A stretch of 64,000 nucleotides of DNA from Eledone cirrhosa. Its lineage: Eukaryota. This document shows, piece by piece, positions 14,350 to 30,133 of the stretch. A program made the translations under genes and the position numbers. The stretch covers positions 4,154,001-4,218,000 of the forward strand of contig OZ024746.1 in assembly GCA_964016885.1 (NCBI GenBank). Reading direction: 5' to 3'. The notes under the pieces were generated by a model. The model was not told the DNA's origin, did not search any database, and worked only from the letters and a program-made list of their open reading frames with translations. Position 1 is the stretch's first letter. Each line of letters begins with the position of its first letter.

Positions 14350-14352
<3 letters not shown>
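13860..14352 (-). mobile_element. Fold-back element family K with a degenerate HHR
   Basis: Arms about 14012-14070 and 14292-14352 (taactcaagaaagaagagtgaca..ggttt../reverse complement); CTGATGA at 14193; bounded by (TA)n. Confidence 0.6.
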
Positions 14353-15228
<876 letters not shown>

Positions 15229-15865
15229 ATGTGTGAGCTTCTATTTATAGATTTTACATTTTGGGGGTCACTGCTGACAAGTACAAAAAGTATTTTAGAA
15301 AAACTGAACTTACGTTGCAAGATAAAAAGTTTGCAGTGATTGAGTCGTTGTGTTTGTTGCTTTAGTTATTCCACCCCAATCCATCTGTTATCAATAGACA
15401 TTTAATCCATTAATCCATGACCCTTCTAGTTCTTTATATACCAACGACTAAAGTGTCCCATATGTTGTCTTCTTTCATGACAGTAGAGAACAAGTTGAGG
15501 AAAATTTCGTTGTTTTTTTCTAAAAGGTCGAGTATTTACACAGAGACTATTTGGTCGGATCTGTTGAATTCTTTGTTTTATGGAAGGAACTGAAGAATGA
15601 GTCACATGTATTTCCTAGAAATTACTGGCAAAAAAATAGCATCGGACAGATGAAATAGTTGGTCTTTATGGCAACATATGGTAAACATAAAATAGTGTGA
15701 ATATGGTTGTGTATTTTTTTGTGATCGTAAATATACACACTTCTGTTATGATGGTGTGAACACATTCATCCATTTTGTTTCATATACTAGGGACGTGTGT
15801 GGTTAACGAAACTACGTTCTGATACAAAAACAGGCAAAAATGCATTCTCACAGACAGACAGACAG

Positions 15866-15896
<31 letters not shown>

Positions 15897-16006
15897 GACA
15901 CACACACACACACAGAGACTCAGACACACATACACACACAGACACACACAGGCACACAAACACACACAGACACACACACACAGACACACACACAGACACA
16001 CACACA

Positions 16007-16069
<63 letters not shown>

Positions 16070-16105
16070 TCAGACACACATACACACACAGACACAAACA
16101 GACAG

Positions 16106-16147
<42 letters not shown>

Positions 16148-16200
16148 TAGTATAATAAACCTTTTAAGGAATTACACCAGTCCAGCCTCCTGTTATTTCA

Positions 16201-16297
<97 letters not shown>

Positions 16298-16299
16298 TA

Positions 16300-16363
<64 letters not shown>

Positions 16364-16365
16364 TA

Positions 16366-16424
<59 letters not shown>

Positions 16425-16536
16425 ATATATATGTTTATATTTATATATATATATTTATATGTATATGTAGCTAAATATATATAACCTGTACACATAGATA
16501 CACACACACGAAATCTGATCCCTACAATACTCTCCC

Positions 16537-16665
<129 letters not shown>

Positions 16666-16781
16666 GTATATATGTAAAAGGTAAACAGAAATAACAACAC
16701 AATCGGTACAGTAGTATATGGAAGGGATATATTAGGTTAACGCTTGATATAGCATGAAGAGGGTCTTAACGTTCGGACACT

Positions 16782-16840
<59 letters not shown>

Positions 16841-17494
16841 TATGGGTGATTATAGTGCAATATTCAACTATTACTTTAGGTAAGGTGAGCGGAGCTCTGT
16901 ACACACTAAAGTCCTCACCTCATATGGAGTTTAAAGAGACCATCATAAAGTGGGAGAAGCAAGGCTTAAACTGTAACATTTTATTTTGTTTACTTTTAAC
17001 ATTTATAAATTTATGATGTTTTGATTAATTAATTAATATATTAATATATATAACAAAAAAAAAAAAAATGGCGTAGACATACAACACAACAGGAGGAACA
17101 ATGAATATAACACCACTGACGATGTTGCAGATGTGCAACGAAAGATTTATGTAAACTTATATATATGTGTTTGTCTATATTGTATCTGTATTATTTTTGA
17201 CCGCCGGTCAGTCAATGGCAACATTGAGGACCGAGTAAGTTAGATCGCAGATATATATATATTAAAGACAGCGAGAAGCGAAAACCAACCAAACAGTGAG
17301 TGTGTTCTGTTATTAATTCTGGCAATATTACGCAAATATGACCCTCCCCAAATATAACAATTAATATATTTATTGAACTAAAACCATGACTGATGGACAT
17401 ATTTTATATGTATATATAACTGATAATTTAACTCGGGATACATGCACACACACACATATATATATATATATGTATATATACATATTTATGTGTG

Positions 17495-17622
17495 TAGACC
17501 ACAGAAAATAAGGTACTCAATACATTATTACAGTGTGTACATCATTATTTATAGAAGTAAATTATATAGAAGTGACTTCAATGAAACAGTTCTAGTCCTG
17601 TAGAAGTCATTTCTATATTAAA

Positions 17623-17625
<3 letters not shown>
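17495..17625 (-). mobile_element. Family C, internally deleted copy
   Basis: aaggtactcaataca tail on the left; gaaacagttctagtcctgtagaagtc arm. Confidence 0.7.
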
Positions 17626-17716
<91 letters not shown>

Positions 17717-17781
17717 TGTATGTATATTTAGGCTTATATTACTTTATATATTATATACAATGCTTCAAGCAAAACTACAAC

Positions 17782-17868
<87 letters not shown>

Positions 17869-18006
17869 GTGTGTATTATATATATATATATATATACATG
17901 TGTGTATTATATATATATATACATATATTTATATATATATGTATTTTTATGAAGTATTTCCTTAGGAAGTATATATATATTTATACATATATATACATGT
18001 GTGTAT

Positions 18007-18044
<38 letters not shown>

Positions 18045-18525
18045 ATATATAAGCATATGTATATATATGTATAAATATATATATACTTCCTAAGGAAATA
18101 CTTCATATAAATACATATATATATAAATATATGTATATATATATAAACATATATTTATATACATATATATATAAATATATGTATATATATTAATATATGT
18201 ATATATATAAACATATATATAAATATATGTATATATATATTATATATGTATATGTATATAAATATATGTATATATGCATACAAGAAAGTATATATATATC
18301 TATATCTATGGCTCTGTCTAGTTTATGTATATGTAAATCTATATATATACATATATATATATATAAATATATGTATATATATATTTTATATATACATATA
18401 CATATATAAATATATATATATATACATACAGGTGATTATATATTATTTATACATATACATATATAAATATATATATAGATATATATATACATACAAGTGA
18501 TTATATATATACATATATATATAAA

Positions 18526-18619
<94 letters not shown>

Positions 18620-18930
18620 AATATATGTATGTATGTATGTATATATATATATATATATATATGGAGTGAGATTTGGAGTGAGTTTAGGGCTCGGAAACGT
18701 AATGAAAGACGGTGTTACATTTAGTTTGTCAAACTTATTATACTCCGCCAAACTTGATATTCCTCCGCCAAATTATGTGTAAACATACATCTGTATAACA
18801 TGTTGGAATCATATATTCAACATACACACATAGAGCTACATTTAATGTGTGTGTGTTGAAACCTCGCCTCATATATATTCACACATTTTAAACATTCTGT
18901 TGTTTATCACAGGGTCATCAAATAATATCT

Positions 18931-18986
<56 letters not shown>

Positions 18987-18991
18987 TATAT

Positions 18992-19038
<47 letters not shown>

Positions 19039-19069
19039 TCTATATGATGTGTGTGTATATATATATATA

Positions 19070-19295
19070 GTAATAATAAATGTGAAGACAAAGAGGGCTC
19101 GATAAGTATAATATATATATGAAATATATAAAAACCATAGAGCAAATATTTATTAAAATAACAAATTAAAGAATCGCTGCTTTCACCCTGAACGGAATCT
19201 TCTGAAACTAAAAAAAAAAATTAATCTGTGGACGTGATAGTTTTTTTTGTTTTTTTTAGTTTCAGAAGATCCAGTTAAGGTGAAAGCAGCGATTC

Positions 19296-19300
<5 letters not shown>
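19070..19300. mobile_element. Fold-back element family F with a degenerate HHR-like core
   Basis: Arms ttaaagaatcgctgctttcacc..tcttctgaaactaaaa and its reverse complement; CAGAAGA-tcc..ggt-GAAA. Confidence 0.55.
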
Positions 19301-19370
<70 letters not shown>

Positions 19371-19492
19371 GGAGGTGAGTTTTATTGTAGTACAATAAAG
19401 CAATGCAGATATCGGATAAGAAGCACTCTACAGTTTGTAGGACTGGAGTATAAATAATATATGGATCAAAAGATGGTTAAAAGAGTTCCATG

Positions 19493-19563
19493 TATTTTAT
19501 TATGCGCATTTCAAAAACAAATATCATCATGCAATAACTTTTGCGTTTTCGTCAGATAAAATA
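19493..19563 (-). ncRNA. Type I hammerhead (family B)
   Basis: Reverse complement of 19635-19705. Confidence 0.75.
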
Positions 19564-19634
19564 GGGAGACATGATATGAAGGTTAAAACACACTTGTGAA
19601 TAGTGCAGTTTTAAATCAACATATCATGTCTCCC

Positions 19635-19705
19635 TATTTTATCTGACGAAAACGCAAAAGTTATTGCATGATGATATTTGTTTTTGAAATGCGCATAATA
19701 AAATA
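19635..19705 (+). ncRNA. Type I hammerhead (family B)
   Basis: TATTTTAT-CTGACGA-aaacgcaaaagttattgcatgatgatatttgttttt-GAAA-TGCGCA-TA-ATAAAATA. Confidence 0.78.
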
Positions 19706-19749
19706 CATGGAACTCTTTAACCATCTTTTGATCTTATATATTATTTATT

Positions 19750-19792
<43 letters not shown>

Positions 19793-19811
19793 GTATATAT
19801 ATATATATATC

Positions 19812-19842
<31 letters not shown>

Positions 19843-19849
19843 GTATATA

Positions 19850-19909
<60 letters not shown>

Positions 19910-20299
19910 TATATACATATGTATATATATATATATATATCTATATGTGTAATGATGACGATGAATTCCTCCGTCGTCAGTCATTATTCAATTACAAAAG
20001 TAAACGATAAACTATTTGTGTGTCCCGTAGATTTAATATTAAATTAATTCCCATGTCGAAACTACGTCCAACAATATCTGATTGGTCTAGAGGTTTCACA
20101 CCCAGGTGTAATACCCTGTACTTCCACATAGTCCCTTTCAAGTCAAATTACTAACAAATCTTGGGTTCATCCTGAACTATGGTGAAAATATTTCACCCGA
20201 AGCCGCTAAGCCTCACAATAACAACTTGTTAGTCACTCATCCATGTGTGTCTCCATATACATGTACACATATACACCCACGTACACATAGTTATAACAC

Positions 20300-20371
<72 letters not shown>

Positions 20372-20498
20372 ATATATATATATATATATATAGTACGTGT
20401 TATAATTGTTAATTGTTCACGGTATGGTGAACTAACTGTTGTGTTACTACTACCAAACTGTGCTCTACCACTACAGATATTACCTTCCAGTGTTCTAC

Positions 20499-20555
<57 letters not shown>

Positions 20556-20559
<4 letters not shown>

Positions 20560-20845
20560 ATTAAATAAATGGAAAACTATATTTATAAAACCATATTTAT
20601 TTCATTATATATATTTCGGGGATATCATATTAACAATATGCTATGCCTTCATCAGACAAAATACAATATAAACAGTTTTATAGATAAATAGATTCGACAT
20701 ACCGTTATAACACCGACTTCATTTGAAGAGGTTTAAGCTGGCAGTATATTTAATATTGTAAATATACTCCAAATATTTGTCGAGTGCTTTTATATCAGTT
20801 ATAAATATTTACTAGTTGTAACCCAACAATTTTAAATATAACTTT

Positions 20846-20850
<5 letters not shown>
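20556..20850 (+). mobile_element. Family E element (single inverted arm plus tail)
   Basis: Homologous to 61841-62243; tail ttgtcgagtgctttt. Confidence 0.7.
20598..20663 (-). ncRNA. Type I hammerhead (family E)
   Basis: Reverse complement: tattttgt-CTGATGA-aggcatagcatatt gtt aatatgatatcccc-GAAA-TATATA-TA-atgaaata. Confidence 0.7.
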
Positions 20851-20880
<30 letters not shown>

Positions 20881-21021
20881 ATGCTGAGGTTTCATATATA
20901 TATATATATAAATCAGGATAGAACCAGTTTGAAACTAGTTAGACCATTACTCAACAGAGTACTCAATACTTGGGTAACAGTTAGTTTCAGTTAGTTTCAG
21001 TCTGGAATTCTTGACTCTATA

Positions 21022-21131
<110 letters not shown>

Positions 21132-21276
21132 TTTATATATTGATTTAAGTTCAAACCCCCCTAATTAGTACACAATATTGACTTTAATAGAAATATTTAC
21201 CTAAACAGGGACAGCGAAGGACTAGGGTGTGTGTAGAAGGTGGGGACTAATTAGAAGTGCGTGTACATATACCCTC

Positions 21277-21309
<33 letters not shown>

Positions 21310-21359
21310 GTATATATATACACACACACACATATATATATATGTATATATATATATAT

Positions 21360-21422
<63 letters not shown>

Positions 21423-21477
21423 TATACACATCTCTAATGACTTGATTTTTTATTTCATTGTTTTAACTTTTATTATA

Positions 21478-21529
<52 letters not shown>

Positions 21530-21533
<4 letters not shown>

Positions 21534-21650
21534 AAAAAAGTATGACCCCGACAGCAGAGCTCAAGCCGTCGGGGTCATATTTATTTCCTATTTCCCACTC
21601 TACTACCCTAAGTATTTAGTACTCTGGTGCGTTATGGTTCCTTTGTTATA
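21530..21650 (+). mobile_element. Family A short copy, folded back at helix III
   Basis: gaccccgacagc agagctca agccgtcggggtc plus tail. Confidence 0.75.
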
Positions 21651-21664
21651 TATATATATATATA

Positions 21665-21920
21665 TTAGAAAGTGAGGTTTTTTTCACAAAATGAAAAATA
21701 ACCGAGGTGTCCTACACGAGTGAAAGTATAAAGAAAAAAAGATGAAATCGAAAATGCAACTGGAATGAGAAAAATGCAACAGATGTGAGAAAAACCACAG
21801 ACCCTCCATCTCAACTCTACTTTTGAAAAGCAGAAGAACTGCGAAACCGGTAGAGGAACCAAATAAATATATATATATTTTAAAAAATAAGACTCCAGTT
21901 GCATTTTCGATTCCATCTTT
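21665..21920 (-). mobile_element. Family H element; U3-A8 HHR at 21820-21856 on the + strand
   Basis: Homologous to 38880-39240; ctt-TTGAAAA-GCAG aagaa CTGC-GAAA-CCGG-TA-gag. Confidence 0.75.
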
Positions 21921-22057
21921 ATATATATATATATAGCTCTGGTTCATCTGAATCATTGAGCACTTGCCGCACATCTCGGGGGTTGGTTTTCGTTATTTCG
22001 TGGGCCGAAATGCGAATCTCGATAATTATATGTTTATATATATATATATATATATAT

Positions 22058-22250
22058 AATTATTGAGTAAAATGACAGGAGGCTAGACTGGTGAAATCCC
22101 TTCAAATATTGGTGAAATAAATATTTGAAGGAATTTCACCAGTCCTGCCTCCTATCATTTTACTCAATAATAATTAACTCCGTTCTCGCACCACCAACAA
22201 GATTCAACATGAAAGATGGATGAGTTGCATAACGTCGAGTGCTTTTTATA
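22058..22250 (+). mobile_element. Fold-back element family G (related fragment at about 16150-16205)
   Basis: About 52-bp inverted arms 22058-22172; tail ending gtcgagtgcttttt. Confidence 0.65.
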
Positions 22251-22397
22251 ATATTACATCGTGTTGGCTATATGTGATAACCAGTTCTATCCAGTGGTTA
22301 ACCACCAAACATAAATGAATATATATGAGGGCGACTGGCCGAGGTGAAAGCAGTCGTCCTCTCTGTCTCTGATTTTTCGGACCCATTACTTTATTTA

Positions 22398-22450
<53 letters not shown>

Positions 22451-22707
22451 CAGTAACACTGTGTATGTTTATTTAAATGCAATTGCATTGTGTTGTTATA
22501 AATTATGGTTTCTAATTATGGTATCAGTACTTGACATGTACTTTATTCTATCGACCCCAGAAGGCTGAAATGCAACATCAGGACATTTCTTACTTCTGTC
22601 GCTGATATAATAAAAGACAAGTCATCTAATAATCTCAGTTTTATCGACATTTCTCCTCACCGGCAAAACCTCTGGCCTACCCCATAAATTAGAAGTCATT
22701 AGAGATA

Positions 22708-22769
<62 letters not shown>

Positions 22770-22774
<5 letters not shown>

Positions 22775-23094
22775 CTTCAAAATATTAATAAATATAGACA
22801 TTCATGTGATCAAATATATTTTATTATACATATTTCAGAGGTACTGAGCTATTTCATCAGATAAAATAAATTGACGTCTGACATCAATTTATATTATCTG
22901 ATGAGGACGTACTGATGAAATAGCTCAGTACCTCTGAAATATGTATAATAAAATATATTTGATCACATGAATGTCTATATTTATTAATATTTTGAAGTAA
23001 TATTAATAACTCAAGAAAACCATTTGTTGAGTGCTTCTAATCTATTGTAAAACTTTATTCATTGATTAATCAATGAACCTTGTTAAACCTTTGG

Positions 23095-23096
<2 letters not shown>
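22770..23096 (+). mobile_element. Fold-back element family D
   Basis: About 90-bp inverted arms 22770-23002; tail tttgttgagtgctt; (TA)n on both sides. Confidence 0.8.
22890..22955 (+). ncRNA. Type I hammerhead (family D)
   Basis: tatattat-CTGATGA-gga c gtactga tgaaatagc tcagtac c tct-GAAA-TATGTA-TA-ataaaata. Confidence 0.78.
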
Positions 23097-23146
<50 letters not shown>

Positions 23147-23277
23147 GTTTGTATATAAATATATATATATAGGTATTTATATATGTTTGTATATAAATAT
23201 ATAGTGTATTCATTAAAGAATCCACAAGTCTGATAAGCTATTGATTCCAGATTCTGGCTCATTTTTCTATGAAATTC

Positions 23278-23333
<56 letters not shown>

Positions 23334-23388
23334 GAACAAAATAAGGAAAAAGAAATATTTTTCTGCCTAATAATCGTTTTTTTCTCCC

Positions 23389-23464
<76 letters not shown>

Positions 23465-23509
23465 CACATACACACATATATATATATATCAATAATAATG
23501 ATGATAATA

Positions 23510-23800
23510 ATAATTGTTTCCACATTTGGCACAAGGCCAGCAAATAACCAGTGTATTACTGGTACTTTATTTTATCGACCCCGAAAGAATGAAAGGCAAT
23601 AATAATAATAGGTCTTCATATGTCTATATAATACATATATATATATATACACCTATATAAATGTATCTATAGGTATATTCATATCTACATATAACGTTTA
23701 CATAATAATAATAATAATAATTGTTTCTACTTTTGGCACAAGGCCAGCAATTACCCCAGTGCATTACTGGTACTTTATTCTACCGACCCCGATAATAATT
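23510..23800 (-). mobile_element. Two SINE family 1 3' fragments
   Basis: ttgtttc..ttggcacaaggccagcaa..actggtactttatt..cgacccc occurs twice. Confidence 0.8.
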
Positions 23801-23905
23801 GTTTCTACGTTTAATAATAATAATAACGTTTACATATATATCTTTATATATATATATATATATATTATACGTATATATATATATATTTTATACGTATATA
23901 TATAT

Positions 23906-23965
<60 letters not shown>

Positions 23966-23997
23966 ATATATATATGTATGTATATATGTATGTATGT

Positions 23998-24606
23998 CAG
24001 GTCACCAGTTGGTGCTACTGGTAACATGTATCCCAGTACAACCTGTCTCATGGTCGGGTCGTTGGCGACTAAACTGGCAACCCCACCAAGGTTTGTTGGT
24101 GAGGAGGGTGATTTTGGACATCCTGCAGGACTAAAAACAAAACCTGTCAAAGGGCAAAGGAGCTCTTAAGACTCAATGGCCATCCAAAATCACCGGGAGA
24201 GATGACCCTTTAGCCTTTGTCAAGGCAGAATTCTAGGAGAAGGAAAACTCTGATATAACACCTGCAACCCTGATGGTATCCAATGATGTTGACTTGTTCT
24301 TCTTTTTGGTAAATATCATCTTGGTCAAGAGAGTGGGACTGGCTTTGTGCACTGCCTTTGCTCACTATAAAAGCTTCACAGCACAGGCATTGCTTTATAT
24401 CTGGAGATCTCTCTGCACTTGTTGTCACATGGTACCATGGGCCCAGCACTATGTGTCAATAATTGTCACAAGTGTAGTGTTTGCACCAGAGTTTTCATGT
24501 CGCAGGCTGGACTAAAAAGTCACACCCGTTCAGCGCATCGGTAGGGGTTCTCCTACATGGATATAAAGTAGTGGCCATACTCGAAAACGAGTTGGCAGCC
24601 ACCATG
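23998..24606 (+). mobile_element. Non-autonomous bipartite RTE-derived element (5' UTR plus 3' end with a C2H2 finger)
   Basis: RTE-like 5' motif ctaggagaaggaaaactctgat; 24473-24544 encodes [23 protein letters not shown]; 3' hairpin ctcgaaaacgag. Confidence 0.6.
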
Positions 24607-25190
<584 letters not shown>

Positions 25191-25297
25191 AATATACCAA
25201 CACCAGAGCAAGAATGAAGGGTTCATTCCACTGACATGGCTTAAAAGAGGTTTGCTTAATTGCAAACGAATCGAATATTATTATTAATATTCGAAAA

Positions 25298-25482
25298 GGG
25301 CGGTGGATTGTCAGTATCGGTAGAGGGTCGAACGCCATGCTTTCCAGCATAGTTACGTCCCTTTACGATCTGCGTTCAAATCCCGCCGAGGTTGACTTTG
25401 CCTTTCATCCTTACGGGGTCGATAAAATAAAGTACCAGTAATTCACTGGGTAATTACTGGCCTTGTGCCTAAAGTAGAAACA
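25298..25482 (+). mobile_element. Full-length young SINE family 1 copy with 18-bp target-site duplication
   Basis: ATTATTAATATTCGAAAA at 25280-25297 and 25483-25500. Confidence 0.93.
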
Positions 25483-25508
25483 ATTATTAATATTCGAAAA
25501 ACTCAGAT

Positions 25509-25541
<33 letters not shown>

Positions 25542-25544
<3 letters not shown>

Positions 25545-25646
25545 GGAGGAGAGTTTTAAAACACAAATGTTATTGCATGATGATATTTGTTTTTGAAATG
25601 CGCATAATAAAATACATGGAACTCTTTTAACCATCTTTTGTTCTTA
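25542..25646. mobile_element. Family B deleted copy (tail end fused to the 3' half of an HHR)
   Basis: gtaggaggagagtttta joined to ..gaaatgcgcataataaaatacatggaactc. Confidence 0.7.
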
Positions 25647-25669
25647 TATATATATATATATGTGTGTGT

Positions 25670-25735
<66 letters not shown>

Positions 25736-25978
25736 AGAATAGGATCGCTGTGTAGAAAGTTGCTAGATAAGTTAGGCTTAAAAATGGAATGAGAATAAGA
25801 AGAAAGGAAGAACGGGGGGAGGGGTGGGGTGGGGGGGTCCTCATCAGCTGTCTACTGGGGTCTCGGATATTTTAACGCTTTAATATATATATATATATAT
25901 ATATATACCTATAATTGTACATATATTTATATAATATTTACATATTTACACACATCCACACACACACACCCACACACT

Positions 25979-26037
<59 letters not shown>

Positions 26038-26171
26038 TGAAAGAGAGTGAGAAAGAGAAAGAGAGTTAGAGAGAGAATGAGAGAAAGAGAGAGAGAGAGT
26101 GAGAGAGAGAGAGTGTGTGTGAGAGAGAGAGAGGGTGAGAGAGAGAGGGGGTGTGTGTGTGTGTGAGAGAG

Positions 26172-26203
<32 letters not shown>

Positions 26204-26549
26204 GGAGCTGTAGTAAATGAGTGGCAGTCAGATCTCTGTGGGTGTTCATTGAGAGAAATATAATTTATTTGTTTATTCTAATTAATTTCATGTGATATGG
26301 AAAGTTGTTCAATGTTTCTGAGTAATTTAGAAACTAAATAATGAGAGTGATAGGAGGGTGGGAGTGAGAGGAGAGAGAGAGAGAGAGAGAGAAAGCACGT
26401 GGTGTAGTAGACCGGCATCTCTCTTCTCCCCCTCCTCCTCCCATTCCTCTTACTTTTCTAATTATTTCCGCACTCCCCACCCCCACCCACCCAATATGTT
26501 GTACAGAACAATTGAATGAAGATCGTTGGAATCACTCATTCACATCGTT

Positions 26550-27525
26550 GGTAGCATACACACACACACACACACATATATAACAGCATACACACACACA
26601 TATATAACAGCATACACACACACACATATATATAATAGCATACACACACACATATATAACAGCATACACACACACACACATATATAACAGCATACACACA
26701 CACACATATATAACAGCATACACAGACACACATATATAACAGCATACACACACACACATATATAACAGCATACACACACACATATATAACAGCATACACA
26801 CACACACATATATATAACAGCATACACACACACACATATATAACAGCATACACACACACACATATATAACAGCATACACACACACACATATATATAACAG
26901 CATACACACACACACATATATAACAGCATACACACACACACACACATATATAACAGCATACACACACACACACATATATAACAGCATACACAGACACACA
27001 CACACACACACATATATAATAGCACACACACACACATAATAGCACACACACGCACATAATAGCACAAGCACACACATATAATAGCATACACAGACGCACA
27101 CATATAATAGCACACACACACACACATGTAATAGCACACACACACACACACATATAATAGCATACATACACATATAGTAACATACACATACACACATATA
27201 ACAGCATACACACATACACATATAATAGCATACACACACACACACACACATATAACAGCATACATACACACACACATATAATAGCACACACACATACACA
27301 TATAATAACATACACACACACAAATATAACAGCATACACACACACACACATATAATAGCATACACACACACACACATAGAGGTATATATTGTAGTGGCTG
27401 ATTCCCCACTTTCTCAGTAACACACACACAAACACAAACACACACACACATAAACACACACACACAAACACACACACACAAACAAACACACACACTCAAA
27501 CACACACACACACACTTAAACACCC
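26550..27525. repeat. (TATAACAGCATA(CA)n) compound minisatellite
   Basis: Direct reading. Confidence 0.9.
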
Positions 27526-27625
27526 CCCCCCCCCCCCATCTCTCTGTTTAGAAATAAAAACAGGGAACTTCAAATAAATAAGAACAATATCTTTTATGTA
27601 TTCTTTTATTGATTTACTGGTTTCA

Positions 27626-27830
27626 AGGGTGGTGGATTGGCAGAATCGGTAGAGCATAGGACAAGATAGTTTGTGGCATAGAGTTATGACCTTTTACATT
27701 CTAAGTTCAAATACCACAGAGGTTAACTTGGCCTTTCTTTCTTACAGGGTGGATAAAATAAATTACCAGTGAAATACTCGGGTCTATTTACTCTACTTTA
27801 GACTACCGGCCTTCTGTCAAATATAGAAGC
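27626..27830 (+). mobile_element. SINE family 1, diverged
   Basis: gggtggtggattggcagaatcggtagagc..aagttcaaat..gcctttc. Confidence 0.8.
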
Positions 27831-27982
27831 AAATTAGAAACCAATATGTTTCTAGTTTCAAGCATAAGACGGTGGTCATGCTGGAGCACAGTAAATAATC
27901 TAGAGACTTTAAAAAGAAATGTATTCTTATATTTGTCCAAATCAGAGAAAAAGATGTGAGATTAATGAAATGAAATTATTTT

Positions 27983-28805
27983 GTTTGTCTTGAAGAAGGC
28001 TGAGAGGTGCGTAGAATGATAAGGTGGTTATATATTTGTCTTGAAGAAGGCAGACAGGTGTGTAGAATGATAAGGTGGTTATATATTTGTCTTGTAGAAG
28101 GCAGAGAGGTGTGTAGAATGATAAGGTGGTTATATATTTGTCTTGAAGAAGGCTGAGAGGTGTGTAGAATGATAAGGTGGTTATATATTTGTCTTGAAGA
28201 AGGCAGACAGGTGTGTAGAATGATAAGGTGGTTATATATTTGTCTTGTAGAAGGCAGAGAGGTGTGTAGAATGATAAGGTGGTTATATATTTGTCTTGAA
28301 GAAGGCTGGGAGGTGTGTAGAATGATAAGGTGGTTATATATTTGTCTTGAAGAAGGCTGGGAGGTGTGTAGAATGATAAGGTGGTTATATATTTGTCTTG
28401 AAGAAGGCTGAGAGGTGTGTAGAATGATAAGGTGGTTATATATTTGTCTTGAAGAAGGCTGAGAGGTGTGTAGAATGATAAGGTGGTTATATATTTGTCT
28501 TGAAGAAGGCAGACAGGTGTGTAGAATGATAAGGTGGTTATATATTTGTCTTGAAGAAGGCAGACAGGTGTGTAGAATGATAAGGTGGTTATATATTTGT
28601 CTTGAAGAAGGCAGACAGGTGTGTAGAATGATAAGGTGGTTATATATTTGTCTTGTAGAAGGCAGACAGGTGTGTAGAATGATAAGGTGGTTATATATTT
28701 GTCTTGTAGAAGGCAGACAGGTGTGTAGAATGATAAGGTGGTTATATATTTGTCTTGAAGAAGGCAGACAGGTGTGTAGAATGATAAGGTGGTTATATAT
28801 TTGTC
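27983..28805. repeat. 51-bp minisatellite, about 16 copies
   Basis: ttgtcttgaagaaggcagacaggtgtgtagaatgataaggtggttatatat. Confidence 0.95.
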
Positions 28806-28984
28806 AAGTTATAATCTGGTTAGATATTGTTGAACGAGGAAACCCCCAGGATTTTCTGACTTATATTTTATATAGGAGCAGTCATGTGGGGTTAAGGTGC
28901 TCAATACCTGTTTCTAGGTTTAGTCCCGCTGTATATCACCTTGGCAAATATCTACTATAGCCTCGGGTTGACCAATGTTTTGTC

Positions 28985-29051
<67 letters not shown>

Positions 29052-29054
<3 letters not shown>

Positions 29055-29345
29055 GATGACTGCAACTCGATTTCGAGTAATGCCATCGCTTGATAGTTAA
29101 ACACGAGGAACTTGCCTGTGGACAGAAATACAATGCATCGCAAACAATGTCACATATCAAGTGACGGTTGTGCTTGAAGCTTTTTTAAGTGAGGAAAGGC
29201 TTTGCACGGGGCCAATCCCACTTTCTAAACATCGAATGCATTTAACCAAAATGTAGAAATGGTCTAGTTGCAGGTTTTATATCAGAGTGACCTTCCTCTA
29301 GAGAGATGTCTTAATGATGATTAGGAGTCTGTCGCTCCACACAAA
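29052..29345 (-). mobile_element. Bipartite RTE-derived element
   Basis: Reverse complement shares ctctgatataa.acctgcaac and actcgaaa.cgagttg with the 23998 element; homologous to 38059-38320. Confidence 0.6.
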
Positions 29346-29367
29346 AATTTATAATGGAATTCTTGAG

Positions 29368-29673
<306 letters not shown>

Positions 29674-29712
29674 ATATATGTATGTATATCTATATATATA
29701 TATATATATATA

Positions 29713-29984
29713 GACGAGATGTTTTGTTTATTGTTTTCTGAGTGTATATGTAGATAAATCTACCAAAAGTTTACGGTAGTGTCCAATCCGTATGAAGAAC
29801 TCAATGTAATCCGGATATCATGAAAAGAGAAGATGCATTCAAAAACTAGTTTGTATAAATATTGTACATAGATCTATAGAATATGCATACCAACTCTAAC
29901 ACATATATATCCTAGAAACGATCGTAAAATGATGAATTTTTTTAATATAAGGAACTGTTTCTTTGTTTATTCATTATTTTATTA

Positions 29985-30043
<59 letters not shown>

Positions 30044-30133
30044 TAAATATGCAAATAAGCAAGTAGGACCGTCAAATAAATAAATCTGAAAGTAAATGAT
30101 ACACTCAGAAAACAATAAACAAAACATCTCGTG
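29713..30133. mobile_element. Fold-back remnant with an HHR 3' half
   Basis: About 32-bp inverted arms acgagatgttttgtttattgttttctgagtgtat and its reverse complement; GAAA-CGATCG-TA at 29915. Confidence 0.5.

Larger units (their letters stand above)
19369..19740 (-). mobile_element. Family B element with two inverted HHRs
   Basis: Arms 19464-19578 and 19620-19733; tail on the left contains aagcactct. Confidence 0.82.

Noticed and set aside
19950-19990. CTGACGA on the minus strand within a hairpin
   Set aside because: No GAAA or helix III, so not a hammerhead
25298-25395. tRNA gene
   Set aside because: The A/B boxes belong to a SINE head with a TSD; no complete cloverleaf
27983-28805. CRISPR-like regular array or repeat protein
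   Set aside because: No unique spacers, in-frame stops, eukaryotic context; an ordinary minisatellite
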